This document shows positions 20,309-30,669 of a stretch of DNA of 64,000 nucleotides, piece after piece. How positions within the stretch are numbered: the stretch's first letter is position 1; each line of letters begins with the position of its first letter. Source of the stretch: Nitrospirota bacterium (GTDB taxonomy: Bacteria > Nitrospirota > Thermodesulfovibrionia > Thermodesulfovibrionales > Dissulfurispiraceae); NCBI GenBank assembly GCA_963790025.1, contig CAWBMP010000004.1, positions 704,001-768,000 of the forward strand, read 5' to 3'. The translations under genes and the position numbers were made by a program. Below the pieces are notes generated by a model. That model did not search any database. It saw only the letters and a list, made by a program, of their open reading frames with translations, and was not told the origin of the DNA.

Positions 20309-20725
20309 TTATGTTATCGCCGCTTTGCTATCAATAAGAGCAGTTATTTTTTCCGTATTTATATATATATGAGCATACCCGTTAAATATCCCGCCGGCGG
20401 CAACAGATAGTCTTCGGGAGTCAATGTCTCCTTCAATTCGTCCAGTGCGTTTTACCTCGACCAACTCATCGGCACTGATGTCCCCTTCTACCGTTCCCCC
20501 TATTATTACCTGCCTTGACTGCATATCTCCTCTCATATAAGCCTTTTCCAGGATTATGATATGGTTTGCAACCACATTACCAATATGCCTTCCTTCGATC
20601 TTTACTGTCCCGGCTGCATGAATGCTGCCTTTTGATTCCGAACCGGCGCCGATCAGCACTTCAAAACTGTCTGTCTTCCTGAAGAAACCCCTGATTGTTT
20701 CTATGAGAAATTTCAGCAATCTCAT
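20309..20725 (-). CDS. Bactofilin (polymer-forming cytoskeletal protein)
   Basis: Repeated beta-helix motifs (IEG, VEGDI, IEGDI, GIFNG). Confidence 0.88.
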   Translation of the reverse strand: MRLLKFLIETIRGFFRKTDSFEVLIGAGSESKGSIHAAGTVKIEGRHIGNVVANHIIILEKAYMRGDMQSRQVIIGGTVEGDISADELVEVKRTGRIEGDIDSRRLSVAAGGIFNGYAHIYINTEKITALIDSKAAIT

Positions 20726-20978
20726 TAGCTCACTCCCTTAGTATTTGCCCATGATACGTCGCCACTTAATGTTCTTACTGAGCATTCACTATACAAAAAG
20801 ACTGTTACAGGAATATTAATATTTTGTTAAACTTTTCAATCGCCCCTGTACCTGCTAAGCGCAATCAAATACATTCTATCAAAACACGCAGTTGTAGGGC
20901 AGCTATTACGTGAACCGCATAAGGCAGGCTGTATTAAGCAGACAGCTAATTTTGTTCATAAAGACAAGGGGATACCCG

Positions 20979-21203
20979 TTAAACGGATTTTTTTTCTGCC
21001 TGAAGCTCCTCGGCCTTTTTATTTTCGGCTGTTTTATTCTCAATCATCGGCTGCTTCTCGGCATCGGATAAAGCCTTTTTAAATTCCCGAATGCTTTTCC
21101 CCAGACCGGCACCGAGTTCGGGAAGTTTGCCCGGGCCAAAAACGACCAGCGCTATAACCAGGATAATCAGCAAATGCATAGGTTGAAATAATCCTTCAAA
21201 CAT
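20979..21203 (-). CDS. tatA: Twin-arginine translocase TatA
   Basis: FGPGKLPELGAGLGKSIREFKKA; RBS GGAGG. Confidence 0.95.
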   Translation of the reverse strand: MFEGLFQPMHLLIILVIALVVFGPGKLPELGAGLGKSIREFKKALSDAEKQPMIENKTAENKKAEELQAEKKSV

Positions 21204-21317
21204 TGTGTTATCCTCCTTTTTTATTATTATGCGTACAATTATTCTATAACGCCGCCATAACAATCGTCAAATACTATTTTAATATCATTATGGGCTTGTA
21301 AATTTTTCCTATAATAA

Positions 21318-22109
21318 TCAAGGCCCATTTTCTGCATGCCTCATGATCCATACAGTACCGAACTCACCGTCCTGGTAGGCACGTCCAAGCCCTAGCCGCA
21401 GGATTTCGAGTACAGCCAGGAAGGTGACAATAATCTGGACGCGTGACTCGACTCCGCTGAAAAGCGAGTCAAAGCGTGTAGTATGTTCCGTCTCCATTCT
21501 TTCCAGGATGAATGCAATTTTATCCTTTACAGTCAATGTTTCCCGCGATATGCTCATGGCCTCAGGCGGGGCCTTTTTCAGAATTTTTTGCAGCGCGCCC
21601 ATGAGGTCGAACATATTTACTTCGAAAAGTAAGGGTTCATGTTCGACGCTCATATCGTCAGTATTTAAAGGCTCCCGTGAAAAGGAGTTTATCCAGATGC
21701 TTTCCCTCTCCCTCAAGGTAGCGGATGCCTCCTTGAATGCCTGGTACTCAAGAAGCTTCTGCACAAGACCGGCCCTCGGGTCTTCACTCTCTTCCAACTC
21801 GATCGTCTCATCAGGCGGCAGCAGCATCCTTGATTTGATATAGATGAGTGTTGCAGCCATGACCAGGAATTCAGAAGCAATCTCCAGGTTAAGTTCTTTC
21901 ATGATTTCGAGGTATTCGAGGTATTGACCGGTTATCCGGGCTATAGGGATATCATAAATGTCAATCTTGTCATGCTTGATCAGATGAAGGAGAAGATCGA
22001 GAGGCCCCTCAAAAACGGCCACTTTCACACTATATTTATTTGCCGGCGCCGCTGTTTCCAGCGTACCCTGATTATCGGCAGATGCGTTGTCAGATGCTTG
22101 ATCGATCAT
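21318..22109 (-). CDS. scpA: Segregation and condensation protein A
   Basis: FEGPLDLLLHLI, IYIKSRMLLP, TFLAVLE. Confidence 0.96.
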   Translation of the reverse strand: MIDQASDNASADNQGTLETAAPANKYSVKVAVFEGPLDLLLHLIKHDKIDIYDIPIARITGQYLEYLEIMKELNLEIASEFLVMAATLIYIKSRMLLPPDETIELEESEDPRAGLVQKLLEYQAFKEASATLRERESIWINSFSREPLNTDDMSVEHEPLLFEVNMFDLMGALQKILKKAPPEAMSISRETLTVKDKIAFILERMETEHTTRFDSLFSGVESRVQIIVTFLAVLEILRLGLGRAYQDGEFGTVWIMRHAENGP

Positions 22110-22125
22110 GTACTTGCGCTAAGAA

Positions 22126-22300
22126 GAAAGAACGAGGCATGTCCATTTTTCAGCAAAATAGCACGGGTCTACTGTAGCAGGGCCGAGTAACGCCGAGGCC
22201 CAACCCTGTGAGTCCGACAACCTGTAGCCACAGTTTAAAGACCCGGTCTGGAACGAAAGTAGTTTTATTTTGTTGAAAAATGGACATGCCTCGTTCTTTC
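22126..22300 (+). ncRNA. Unknown structured element, copy 1 (175 nt, 35-bp closing stem)
   Basis: 22126-22160 pairs with 22266-22300 (34 Watson-Crick, 1 G-T); core shared with copy 2. Confidence 0.55.
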
Positions 22301-22324
22301 ATAAATTGTGCAACTTTTATGCAT

Positions 22325-22494
22325 AGGATATGGTATATATTCATTTTCGATAAAATAAAACTACTTTAGTGCAAAACATAAATTTTAGACTGTAGACATA
22401 ATCACAGGAATCACAGCGCTGGGGCTCGGCGTTACTCACCCCTGTTACAGTAGACCCGTGTTATTTTACCGAAAATAAATATATACCATATCCT
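22325..22494 (-). ncRNA. Unknown structured element, copy 2 (170 nt, 34-bp closing stem)
   Basis: 22461-22494 pairs with 22325-22358 (32 Watson-Crick, 2 G-T on minus strand); core shared with copy 1. Confidence 0.55.
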
Positions 22495-22508
22495 TACAAT
22501 CACTCAGC

Positions 22509-23417
22509 CTACGGGATAACCTTGTTCAAAGGGTATTCAACGATGCCGGAAGCTCCTGCACTCTTGAGCTTGGGGATAATATCCCGCACCGTCTTCTCAT
22601 CGATTACAACATCGATGGCGTACCAGCCGGTATCTGAAAGGCATGAAACCGTAGGTGAGTGCATGGCCGCAAGCAGGCTCAATACCTTTTTAAAGGACTT
22701 TTCAGGCACGTTCATTTTCAGTCCGACCTTTTCTTCGGCTGCGAGAGCCCCTTGTAAAAGGAGGGCTATGTTCTCCATTTTGTGCCGCTTCCATTTGTCC
22801 TGCCAGGCCTTTTTATTGGCAATAAATCTGGTAGTCGATTCGATCATGGTTTCGACAATTCTAAGATTGTTCGCTCTAAGTGAAGTGCCGGTCTCCGTAA
22901 GCTCTACGATGGCGTCAGCCAACTGGGGAGGTTTCACCTCGGTCGCGCCCCACGAAAAGTCCACTACCGCACTGATTCCCCTTGATTTCAGATACCGCTT
23001 TGTATAGCCGACCAATTCGGTGGCAACACGCTTTCCATTTAGGTCTTTTATGGTCTTTATCTTTGAATCCACCGGAACGGCAATTACCCAGCGCACAGGT
23101 CTGAACCCTTCTTTTCCGTACAACAGTTCGGACACCTCAACAACATCGGCATTCTGCTCGAGCACCCAGTCGCGTCCCGTCAGACCACCGTCCAGGTGGC
23201 CGTCCGCGACGTAGCGCGCCATCTCCTGCGCCCTTATGAGCATGGAGGTTATCTCAAGGTCGTCGAAAACAGGATAATAAGAGCGGGAGGAAACGGTGAT
23301 ATGGTACCCAGCCTTTCTGAAAAGTTTGAGTGTCGCTTCCTGGAGGCTGCCCTTGGGGAGCCCCAGATTCAAAAGATGCTTCTTGTTATTCGTTTTCATT
23401 TTCTTCATTTTCCCCAT
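22509..23417 (-). CDS. hisG: ATP phosphoribosyltransferase, long form
   Basis: LPKGSL, GATEVKP, ETGTSL, C-terminal regulatory domain; exact start uncertain. Confidence 0.96.
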   Translation of the reverse strand: MGKMKKMKTNNKKHLLNLGLPKGSLQEATLKLFRKAGYHITVSSRSYYPVFDDLEITSMLIRAQEMARYVADGHLDGGLTGRDWVLEQNADVVEVSELLYGKEGFRPVRWVIAVPVDSKIKTIKDLNGKRVATELVGYTKRYLKSRGISAVVDFSWGATEVKPPQLADAIVELTETGTSLRANNLRIVETMIESTTRFIANKKAWQDKWKRHKMENIALLLQGALAAEEKVGLKMNVPEKSFKKVLSLLAAMHSPTVSCLSDTGWYAIDVVIDEKTVRDIIPKLKSAGASGIVEYPLNKVIP

Positions 23418-23512
23418 TTTTTTTGAGTACTTTAAGTGAATTAATTATTGTAAAGCTTTGTGCCGGACGTGTCAAATCAGCAAGCACATCATCATGCTAT
23501 ACTATTTTGAAT

Positions 23513-24598
23513 ATGACGGGACCACGCCTCTCCATTAAAGAAAATTACCCACTCAGGGAATTGACCACATTTAAAATCGGTGGTCCTGCCAGGTATTTCA
23601 CAGAAGTCGCTAATGAGAACGAAATCCTGGAGGCCCTGGCATTCGCAAAAGGCCGCAATCTCGAACTATTCGTGCTCGGCAGCGGCAGCAACCTTCTAAT
23701 AAGTGACGCTGGGTTCCCCGGCCTTGTTATCCATAATAAGATAACGGGGTTGGAAAGCCGTGTGGAGGCTGGCAGCGCAATTGTAGTTGCCAATGCAGGG
23801 CACGATTGGGATGACTTCACTAAATTCTGCGCTGAACGTGACTGGCAAGGTGTCGAATGCCTTTCAGGCATTCCCGGCACTGTCGGAGCTGCGCCGGTCC
23901 AGAACATCGGCGCTTACGGTCAGAGTGCGGAAAGCGTTATCACAGAAGTACGGGTAATAGATATAAACACAGGCATTTCAGCTATATTCGATAACCCGAA
24001 ATGCGCATTCGGTTACCGGAAGAGCCTGTTCAATACAGATGCATTGGGACGATATATCATCACCAGCGTTGCCTTCAGACTCGCTGTATCGGGGCACCCA
24101 CTTATTTCGTACCGTGACCTGAAACAGCAATTTCCGGCAGCGACAAACATTACCCCCGCCCATGTTAGAGCTGCTGTGCTCTCATTAAGAAACGAGAAAG
24201 GCCTGCTCGTCATCGAGGGATACCAACACCTTAACAGCGCAGGCTCTTTTTTTAAAAACCCTGTGGTTTCACACCTTCAATTTGAATCCACTGAGAAAGC
24301 AGTGCGGGAAATGGGCGGATGCACAAACTGGTATTGGCCCCAGGCTTCTGGAGAGGTGAAGGTGTCCGCCGCATGCATGATTCAGACAGCGGGCTTTGTT
24401 AGAGGGCATCGTCAGGGCAATGTCGGCATATCGCCCCGACATGCGCTTGCCCTGGTAAATTATGGGAATGCGACTGCCTGCGAGATTATAGCCTTTGCAA
24501 AACAGGTGCAAGAGAAGGTAAAGGAAAAGTTCGGCGTTACACTCAAGCCCGAGGTGCAGCGCGTAGGAGTATTGCCGCCATTGTTGGAAGAAGATTAA
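23513..24598 (+). CDS. murB: UDP-N-acetylenolpyruvoylglucosamine reductase
   Basis: TFKIGG, GSGSN, GIPGTVGAAPVQNIGAYG, SAGSFFKNP. Confidence 0.96.
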   Translation: MTGPRLSIKENYPLRELTTFKIGGPARYFTEVANENEILEALAFAKGRNLELFVLGSGSNLLISDAGFPGLVIHNKITGLESRVEAGSAIVVANAGHDWDDFTKFCAERDWQGVECLSGIPGTVGAAPVQNIGAYGQSAESVITEVRVIDINTGISAIFDNPKCAFGYRKSLFNTDALGRYIITSVAFRLAVSGHPLISYRDLKQQFPAATNITPAHVRAAVLSLRNEKGLLVIEGYQHLNSAGSFFKNPVVSHLQFESTEKAVREMGGCTNWYWPQASGEVKVSAACMIQTAGFVRGHRQGNVGISPRHALALVNYGNATACEIIAFAKQVQEKVKEKFGVTLKPEVQRVGVLPPLLEED

Positions 24599-24800
24599 TA
24601 ATGACATTAATAATACTTATAACTCTCATAAGTGCTAAATGGACTTAGTTATTAGCAGTATGTTATATTGAAATATTTATCAGATAAATTCTTATAGATC
24701 GATATGCCGCAGTGGCCGTCCTTAGTTGGGCGATGTTCCCGGTTCAGATCATAGAAGCTATTCGATTTATAAGAAAAAAATATCTCCGAGGAGGCGAGTA

Positions 24801-25667
24801 ATGTATAAAATTTTGGAGAAACAGGTCTTGAGTGATGTCATTAAACTCATGGTCATTGAAGCTCCCCATGTCGCAAAAAGGGCAAAAGCCGGCCAATTTA
24901 CAATTGTGATCATTGATGAGCGAGGAGAGCGAATCCCTCTGACCATAGCTGATTATGACTCGAAGGCAGGCACAATTACTATTATCTTTCAGGAAGTTGG
25001 TCAGTCGACAATGCATTTGGGGACACTCAATGTTGGAGACTCTATTCTCTCATTTGCCGGCCCCCTCGGTCATCCTACCGAAATAGAGAATTTTGGCACC
25101 GTGGTCTGCGTCGGCGGGGGCGTGGGCATTGCTCCTATCTATCCCATTGCCCGTTCACTCAAGGAAGCGGGCAATAAAGTTATTTCAATAATAGGCGCGC
25201 GGTCCAAGGACTTGCTGTTCTGGGAGGACAAGATGCGCGCTGTGTCCGATGTGTTGCATGTTTGTACAGACGACGGTTCCCATGGCCGGAAAGCCCTCGT
25301 CACTGATCCTCTCAAAGAACTTCTTGAATCAAAAACAGATAAAATCGCAAAAGTATGGGCCATAGGCCCTGGAATTATGATGAAATTCGTATCATTAACC
25401 ACGAAACCTTTTAATGTCCCTACAATAGTCAGTTTGAATACGATAATGATAGACGGTACCGGGATGTGCGGCGGATGCAGAGTGAACCTCGATGATGGAG
25501 CTAAGTTCGTCTGCGTCGACGGCCCTGAATTCGACGGCCATAAGGTAGACTGGAATGGTCTTATGTCCCGGCTTTCTTACTATCGTGAAGAAGAGAAGGC
25601 AGCGGTGGAACACTGGAAGGGGCACAAATGCAAGCTCGATAAAGCAATCGCAGAGGGAGGGAAATAG
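24801..25667 (+). CDS. nfnA: NADH-dependent ferredoxin:NADP oxidoreductase small subunit (SudB-like)
   Basis: GERIPLTI, GGGVG, DGTGMCGGC...CVDGPEF. Confidence 0.92.
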   Translation: MYKILEKQVLSDVIKLMVIEAPHVAKRAKAGQFTIVIIDERGERIPLTIADYDSKAGTITIIFQEVGQSTMHLGTLNVGDSILSFAGPLGHPTEIENFGTVVCVGGGVGIAPIYPIARSLKEAGNKVISIIGARSKDLLFWEDKMRAVSDVLHVCTDDGSHGRKALVTDPLKELLESKTDKIAKVWAIGPGIMMKFVSLTTKPFNVPTIVSLNTIMIDGTGMCGGCRVNLDDGAKFVCVDGPEFDGHKVDWNGLMSRLSYYREEEKAAVEHWKGHKCKLDKAIAEGGK

Positions 25668-27116
25668 ATGGCTAAATTAGAACCAAAAGAGAGAATGAAA
25701 ATACCTCGGCAGCCCATGCCTGAACAGGACCCGAAAATCCGTAATGCCAATTTCGACGAAGTGGCACTGGGTTACGACGAAACCACCGTTCGCAGGGAAG
25801 CTGAACGCTGCCTGCAATGCAAGAAGCCGGGTTGTACGGTGGGATGTCCTGTCGGCGTGCGCATTCCCGAGTTTATACTTGCATTACGCGAGGGTAACTA
25901 TCCCAAGGCTGTCGAAGAAATGAAAGTAAAAAATAACCTGCCAGCAATATGTGGAAGGGTCTGCCCTCAGGAAGTGCAGTGCGAGGGTAAGTGCATTTTG
26001 ACCAAAAAGGGCCAGGCTGTTGCCATAGGCCGCCTTGAGCGTTTCGTGGGCGATTACGAGCTTGCCCATCGCACCTGTCCGTTGACTGCAGCTCCTGTAA
26101 CCGGCAAGAAAATCGCTGTTGTCGGCACGGGACCCGCAGGATTGACCGCCGCAGTAGACCTGGCAAGAGAGGGGCATAAAGTCACCATGTTCGAGTCTCT
26201 TCATGGCCCGGGCGGCGTGCTGGTTTATGGCATCCCGGAGTTCAGACTTCCGAAAAAGGTTGTTTTCGGAGAGATCAACTATGCGGTGGAATGTCTCGGC
26301 ATCGACGTCAGGAACGATCACGTTGTGGGCCGTTCCATTTCACTGAATGAATTGCTTGCAGAGTACGACGCCGTGTTCCTTGGAAGCGGAGCGGGCTTGC
26401 CTTCTTTTATGCGCATCCCCGGAATAAACCTTAACGGCGTGATGTCTGCGAATGAGTTTCTCACCCGTGTAAATCTTATGAAAGGATACCTCTTTCCTGA
26501 ATACAGCACGCCTGTTAAAATCGGTAAAAAGGTGGCTGTTGTCGGAGGCGGCAATGTAGCCATGGATGCAGCACGATGCAGTAAACGCATCATGGCTGTA
26601 CAGGCAAAGCAGACCGGCACAGAACCGGGCGAGGTACACATTGTATACCGCAGGTCTAAAGACGAAGTGCCTGCCCGTGCAGAAGAATTTCATCATGCAA
26701 TAGAGGAAGGCATCATATGCGACCTCCTCACCAACCCGGTGGAGATAATAGGAGATGAGACCGGTAAGGTATCAAAGATACGTTGCATACGCATGGAACT
26801 TGGCGAGCCTGACGCGAGCGGCAGGCGCAAGCCGGTCGCTATCCCGGGCTCGGAGTTCGAGATGGAAATGGATACAGTAATCTTTGCGCTCGGCACCAGT
26901 CCCAACCCTATCGTGTTCGTTGATGCCGACGGCCTCGAAAGGACCAAGCATGGCACAGCAGTCGCTGACCTTGAAACAGGCAGGACGCTGAAGCAGCGCG
27001 TATGGGCCGGCGGAGATGTCGTCACCGGAGCAGCGACAGTCATCAGCGCAATGGGAGCAGGTAAAAGGGCCGCAGCAGATATGAGTAAGTATTTGAAAGG
27101 CGAGGCCCCCTGGTAA
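25668..27116 (+). CDS. nfnB: NADH-dependent ferredoxin:NADP oxidoreductase large subunit (GltD/SudA-like)
   Basis: RCLQC..C...CP, CGRVCPQE, GGGNVAMD, GAATVI; adjacent to nfnA. Confidence 0.92.
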   Translation: MAKLEPKERMKIPRQPMPEQDPKIRNANFDEVALGYDETTVRREAERCLQCKKPGCTVGCPVGVRIPEFILALREGNYPKAVEEMKVKNNLPAICGRVCPQEVQCEGKCILTKKGQAVAIGRLERFVGDYELAHRTCPLTAAPVTGKKIAVVGTGPAGLTAAVDLAREGHKVTMFESLHGPGGVLVYGIPEFRLPKKVVFGEINYAVECLGIDVRNDHVVGRSISLNELLAEYDAVFLGSGAGLPSFMRIPGINLNGVMSANEFLTRVNLMKGYLFPEYSTPVKIGKKVAVVGGGNVAMDAARCSKRIMAVQAKQTGTEPGEVHIVYRRSKDEVPARAEEFHHAIEEGIICDLLTNPVEIIGDETGKVSKIRCIRMELGEPDASGRRKPVAIPGSEFEMEMDTVIFALGTSPNPIVFVDADGLERTKHGTAVADLETGRTLKQRVWAGGDVVTGAATVISAMGAGKRAAADMSKYLKGEAPW

Positions 27117-27140
27117 ACAACAAAGACTTCATTTAAACAA

Positions 27141-27186
27141 TAAAAATAAAACCCCTGCCCGATTAACGGCGGGGGTTTTTATTTTT
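27141..27186 (+). terminator. Intrinsic terminator after nfnB
   Basis: AAAACCCCTGCC...GGCGGGGGTTTTT followed by a T-rich tail. Confidence 0.75.
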
Positions 27187-27234
27187 GCAAAATACTGCAT
27201 GCAAAAAATAGCTTCACTATTGCAAATTATTGCA
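27186..27234. promoter_or_regulatory. TGCA-N6-TGCATGCA...TGCA-N6-TGCA operator, site 1
   Basis: Same architecture as 41596-41642 and 57322-57368. Confidence 0.7.
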
Positions 27235-27341
27235 ATTAGACTTGTACAAGAGGTGCAAAATATAAAAAAATAGCCAATATCAGTATAGTATTAATTTGGC
27301 ATAAAATGTGAAGTATAACTGTTAACAAGAAGGATTTATAG

Positions 27342-27458
27342 ATGACTGGATCTTTTTCGGCAAGCTCCCGGTTTAGAATTGCATTAATGGAAGAAAAACC
27401 GTTGCAGGTAGTCGGAGCTATCAACGCTTATGAGGCAAGATTGGCATAACGTATTGGC
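27342..27458 (+). pseudogene. prpB: 2-methylisocitrate lyase N-terminal fragment
   Basis: [38 protein letters not shown] resembles the PrpB N-terminus; RBS AAGGA. Confidence 0.75.
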
Positions 27459-27710
27459 CGCTGATCGTACTGAAAAAGTAATGAAAAGAGAGAAGAACAT
27501 ATTTTCCAACCTTGACTGGTACTCCTCTGTTACGTATCATATCTTGGGTGTGCCTGCTTCTCTCTTCACCCCCATCTTCGTTATTTCACGTACAACCGGA
27601 TGGGGAGCGCACGTTATCGAACAGTGGAGGACAACAAGCTCATCAGGTTTTCCGCAAATTACCTGGGGCCTGAAGACCGGGAATACGTCTGGACTGAGGC
27701 AAGGAAGTAA
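27459..27710 (+). pseudogene. prpC: 2-methylcitrate synthase C-terminal fragment with frameshift
   Basis: [39 protein letters not shown], then in another frame [20 protein letters not shown]...*. Confidence 0.85.
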
Positions 27711-27726
27711 ATGGAATAGAACAGAC

Positions 27727-27879
27727 CACAGAGGCACAGAGACGCAGAGGATTTTTAAATGCTGAAAAGATTAAAACAAACGAAGGGTTGTCATTCCCGC
27801 CAGCGGCTGGAATTTATTTGGTTTTTGCAAGGTGTAATACTATGATTTTGTCTTTTCTCTGTGTCTCTGTGCCTCTGTG
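27727..27879. repeat. Octamer (CACAGAGR)3 inverted repeat enclosing a TGTCATTCCC half-element
   Basis: 27727-27749 vs 27857-27879, 22 of 23 complementary. Confidence 0.85.
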
Positions 27880-27908
27880 TTTATATTCTTATAATAGGGG
27901 AAAAAACT

Positions 27909-30611
27909 ATGAGCTATAACCTCGCTGGTACACTCCGTGAATTCGACGCTGGTAACGGGAGAAAGGGGAAATTCTATTCCCTGCCTGCCCTGGAACAGTC
28001 CGGAATCGGCGCTATTTCCCGCCTGCCGGTATCTGTCCGCATCGTGCTCGAATCCGTACTGCGGAACTTTGACGGTAAAAAGATTACCGAAGATCATGTT
28101 AAGCAGCTTGCCAACTGGGGACCCACTGCTCCCCGCACCGGGGAGATTCCCTTTGTTGTTGCGCGCATCTTGTTGCAGGACTTCACCGGAGTTCCTCTTC
28201 TTTGTGATCTTGCGGCGATGCGCGGTGCGGCTTTCAGGATGGGAAAAGACCCAGGGATCATCGAACCGCTGGTCCCCGTTGATCTGGTTGTGGACCACTC
28301 GGTCCAGGTCGACTACTACGGTGAGCCGGACGCCCTCCGGAAAAATATGGAACTCGAGTTCAAGCGCAACAAGGAGCGTTACCAGTTCCTGAAATGGGGT
28401 ATGAATGCATTTGATACCTTTAAGGTCGTGCCCCCCGGCATCGGCATTGTTCACCAGGTAAACCTGGAATACCTTGCGAGAGGTGTGCATAACAAAGGGG
28501 GAGTATATTATCCTGACACCCTTGTGGGCACAGACAGCCATACCACTATGATCAACGGCATTGGTGTTGTGGGATGGGGAGTGGGCGGCATAGAGGCTGA
28601 GGCAGGAATGCTGGGCCAGCCGATCTATTTTCTGACCCCTGACGTTGTAGGCGTGAACATGAAGGGCAGGCTGAATGAAGGCATTACAGCTACCGATCTG
28701 GTTTTGACCGTCACCGAAATGCTCCGCAGGGAAAAAGTGGTAGGAAAATTTGTGGAGTTCTTCGGCGAAGGAGCTTCTTCCCTCACCCTGCCTGACAGGG
28801 CTACAGTTGCAAATATGGCTCCGGAATACGGCGCGACTATGGGCTTCTTCCCTGTAGACGATGTAACCGTGGATTTTCTCCGGGGCAGCGGCCGGAATGA
28901 TGATGAAATTTCAGCTTTCCAGGCGTACTTTGAGAACCAGGGAATGTTCGGGATGCCAAAAGCGGGTGAAGTATACTACTCCAGGGTTATAGAACTGGAT
29001 ATCTCAAACGTTGAGTCCGCTGTGGCAGGACCGAGGCAGCCCAAGGACCGAATCAGTATGCACGCCCTCAAAGACAGGTTTACCGAGCTATTTGCAAAGC
29101 CAGTGGCTGAGAACGGCTTTGCAAAAAAAGCTGAGGACCTTCCCGGACGTTTCAAGATCAGGGATGGAGTGGACATTGGCTCCGGAGATGTGATCATTGC
29201 AGCGATTACGTCCTGCACGAATACCTCAAATCCAGGCGTGCTCCTGGCCGCTGGGCTCCTCGCGAAGAAAGCGGTGGAAAAAGGTCTCACAGTAAAGAAG
29301 CACATTAAGACATCGCTTGCTCCCGGTTCACGTGTTGTAACTGAATACTTGAACAAAGCCGGTCTCATGCCGTATCTCGAAAAGCTCGGTTTCTATCTCG
29401 CTGCTTACGGCTGCACCACCTGCATCGGTAATGCGGGGCAACTGGATAAAGAAATAGAAGAGACCATTGTCAAAAACGAACTGGTCTGCGCCGCAGTTCT
29501 TTCTGGCAACCGCAACTTTGAGGCGCGTATCCATCCCAACCTGCGTGCAAACTTTCTTATGAGTCCTCCCCTCGTTGTGGCCTTTGCCATCGCTGGTACC
29601 GTGCTCATAAACCTGGAAAAAGAGCCTATGGGGACCGGTAATGATGGAAAGGAAATCTATCTCAGGGACATTTGGCCCGGCGGTGCTGAAGTGTCGGCAC
29701 TGATGAAGTATGCAACAGACAGCGAAACGTTCCGGAAACTGTACTCGGATTTCACCAAAGACAACGTCCTGTGGAACAGCGTTTCCTCGGTGTCAGGTAA
29801 AATCTACGACTGGCCGAAATCAACTTATATTGCCGAGCCTCCTTTTTTCCAGGACTTCGACTTGCAGCCCCGCACCGTGGCCGATGTCACCGGGGCCAGG
29901 GCCCTGGGTATTTTCGGAGATTCGGTCACTACAGACCATATCAGTCCTGCAAGTTCGATTAAGAAAACGTCACCAGCTGGAATGTACCTTATGGAAAACG
30001 GCGTTGCAGATACCGATTTCCAGAGTTACGGTACACGCCGGGGGAACCACGATGTAATGATTCGCGGAACTTTTGCCAATGTGCGTATCAGGAATCTGAT
30101 GCTGCCGCAAAAGAACGACGGCAGTAGTATAGAAGGAGGCATCACGCTGTTCCAGCCGTCAGGGGAACAGATGTTCATATATGATGCTGCAATGAAATAC
30201 ATTGCACGTGGCACGCCCACAGTTGTGTTCGGCGGCGAAGAATACGGCACGGGGTCGTCGAGAGACTGGGCCGCCAAAGGCACGCAGCTTCTCGGTGTAA
30301 GGGCTGTGATAGCCAGGAGCTTCGAACGCATCCACCGTTCGAATCTTGTCGGCATGGGTGTATTGCCGCTGCAATTCAAGGGCAGTGATACTGTCCAGTC
30401 TCTCAATATCCGGGGTGACGAGGAATTCGATATCCTCGGCATGAAGAATATCGGTCCCCGGCAGGACATAACCCTGGTGATTAAACACAAGGAAGGCAGA
30501 GCGCAAGAAGTAAAACTCCTCTGCCGCATCGACACCGCTATCGAGGCTGACTATTTCAGGCATGGCGGAATTCTTCCATATGTATTGCGTGAGCTTATTG
30601 CAGCAATATAG
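27909..30611 (+). CDS. acnA: Aconitate hydratase A
   Basis: [39 protein letters not shown]. Confidence 0.97.
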   Translation: MSYNLAGTLREFDAGNGRKGKFYSLPALEQSGIGAISRLPVSVRIVLESVLRNFDGKKITEDHVKQLANWGPTAPRTGEIPFVVARILLQDFTGVPLLCDLAAMRGAAFRMGKDPGIIEPLVPVDLVVDHSVQVDYYGEPDALRKNMELEFKRNKERYQFLKWGMNAFDTFKVVPPGIGIVHQVNLEYLARGVHNKGGVYYPDTLVGTDSHTTMINGIGVVGWGVGGIEAEAGMLGQPIYFLTPDVVGVNMKGRLNEGITATDLVLTVTEMLRREKVVGKFVEFFGEGASSLTLPDRATVANMAPEYGATMGFFPVDDVTVDFLRGSGRNDDEISAFQAYFENQGMFGMPKAGEVYYSRVIELDISNVESAVAGPRQPKDRISMHALKDRFTELFAKPVAENGFAKKAEDLPGRFKIRDGVDIGSGDVIIAAITSCTNTSNPGVLLAAGLLAKKAVEKGLTVKKHIKTSLAPGSRVVTEYLNKAGLMPYLEKLGFYLAAYGCTTCIGNAGQLDKEIEETIVKNELVCAAVLSGNRNFEARIHPNLRANFLMSPPLVVAFAIAGTVLINLEKEPMGTGNDGKEIYLRDIWPGGAEVSALMKYATDSETFRKLYSDFTKDNVLWNSVSSVSGKIYDWPKSTYIAEPPFFQDFDLQPRTVADVTGARALGIFGDSVTTDHISPASSIKKTSPAGMYLMENGVADTDFQSYGTRRGNHDVMIRGTFANVRIRNLMLPQKNDGSSIEGGITLFQPSGEQMFIYDAAMKYIARGTPTVVFGGEEYGTGSSRDWAAKGTQLLGVRAVIARSFERIHRSNLVGMGVLPLQFKGSDTVQSLNIRGDEEFDILGMKNIGPRQDITLVIKHKEGRAQEVKLLCRIDTAIEADYFRHGGILPYVLRELIAAI

Positions 30612-30669
30612 GGCACAATTGCAAACTTCGAGACCATCGAAGAAAAAATCCTTAAAGGAGAAATGAGCG

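Noticed and set aside
22126..22494. Definite retron, 6S RNA or hammerhead ribozyme
   Set aside because: No reverse transcriptase in the window; the putative branching G is not shared; CUGAUGA and GAAA cores are not conserved in both copies; no 6S motifs recognised. Kept as unknown.
25668..27116. Glutamate synthase small subunit gltD
   Set aside because: Paired with an NfnA/SudB gene and no gltB nearby, so NfnB is the better call.
27430..27765. 111-aa ORF as an intact gene
   Set aside because: It is a chimeric reading of the prpB/prpC remnant.
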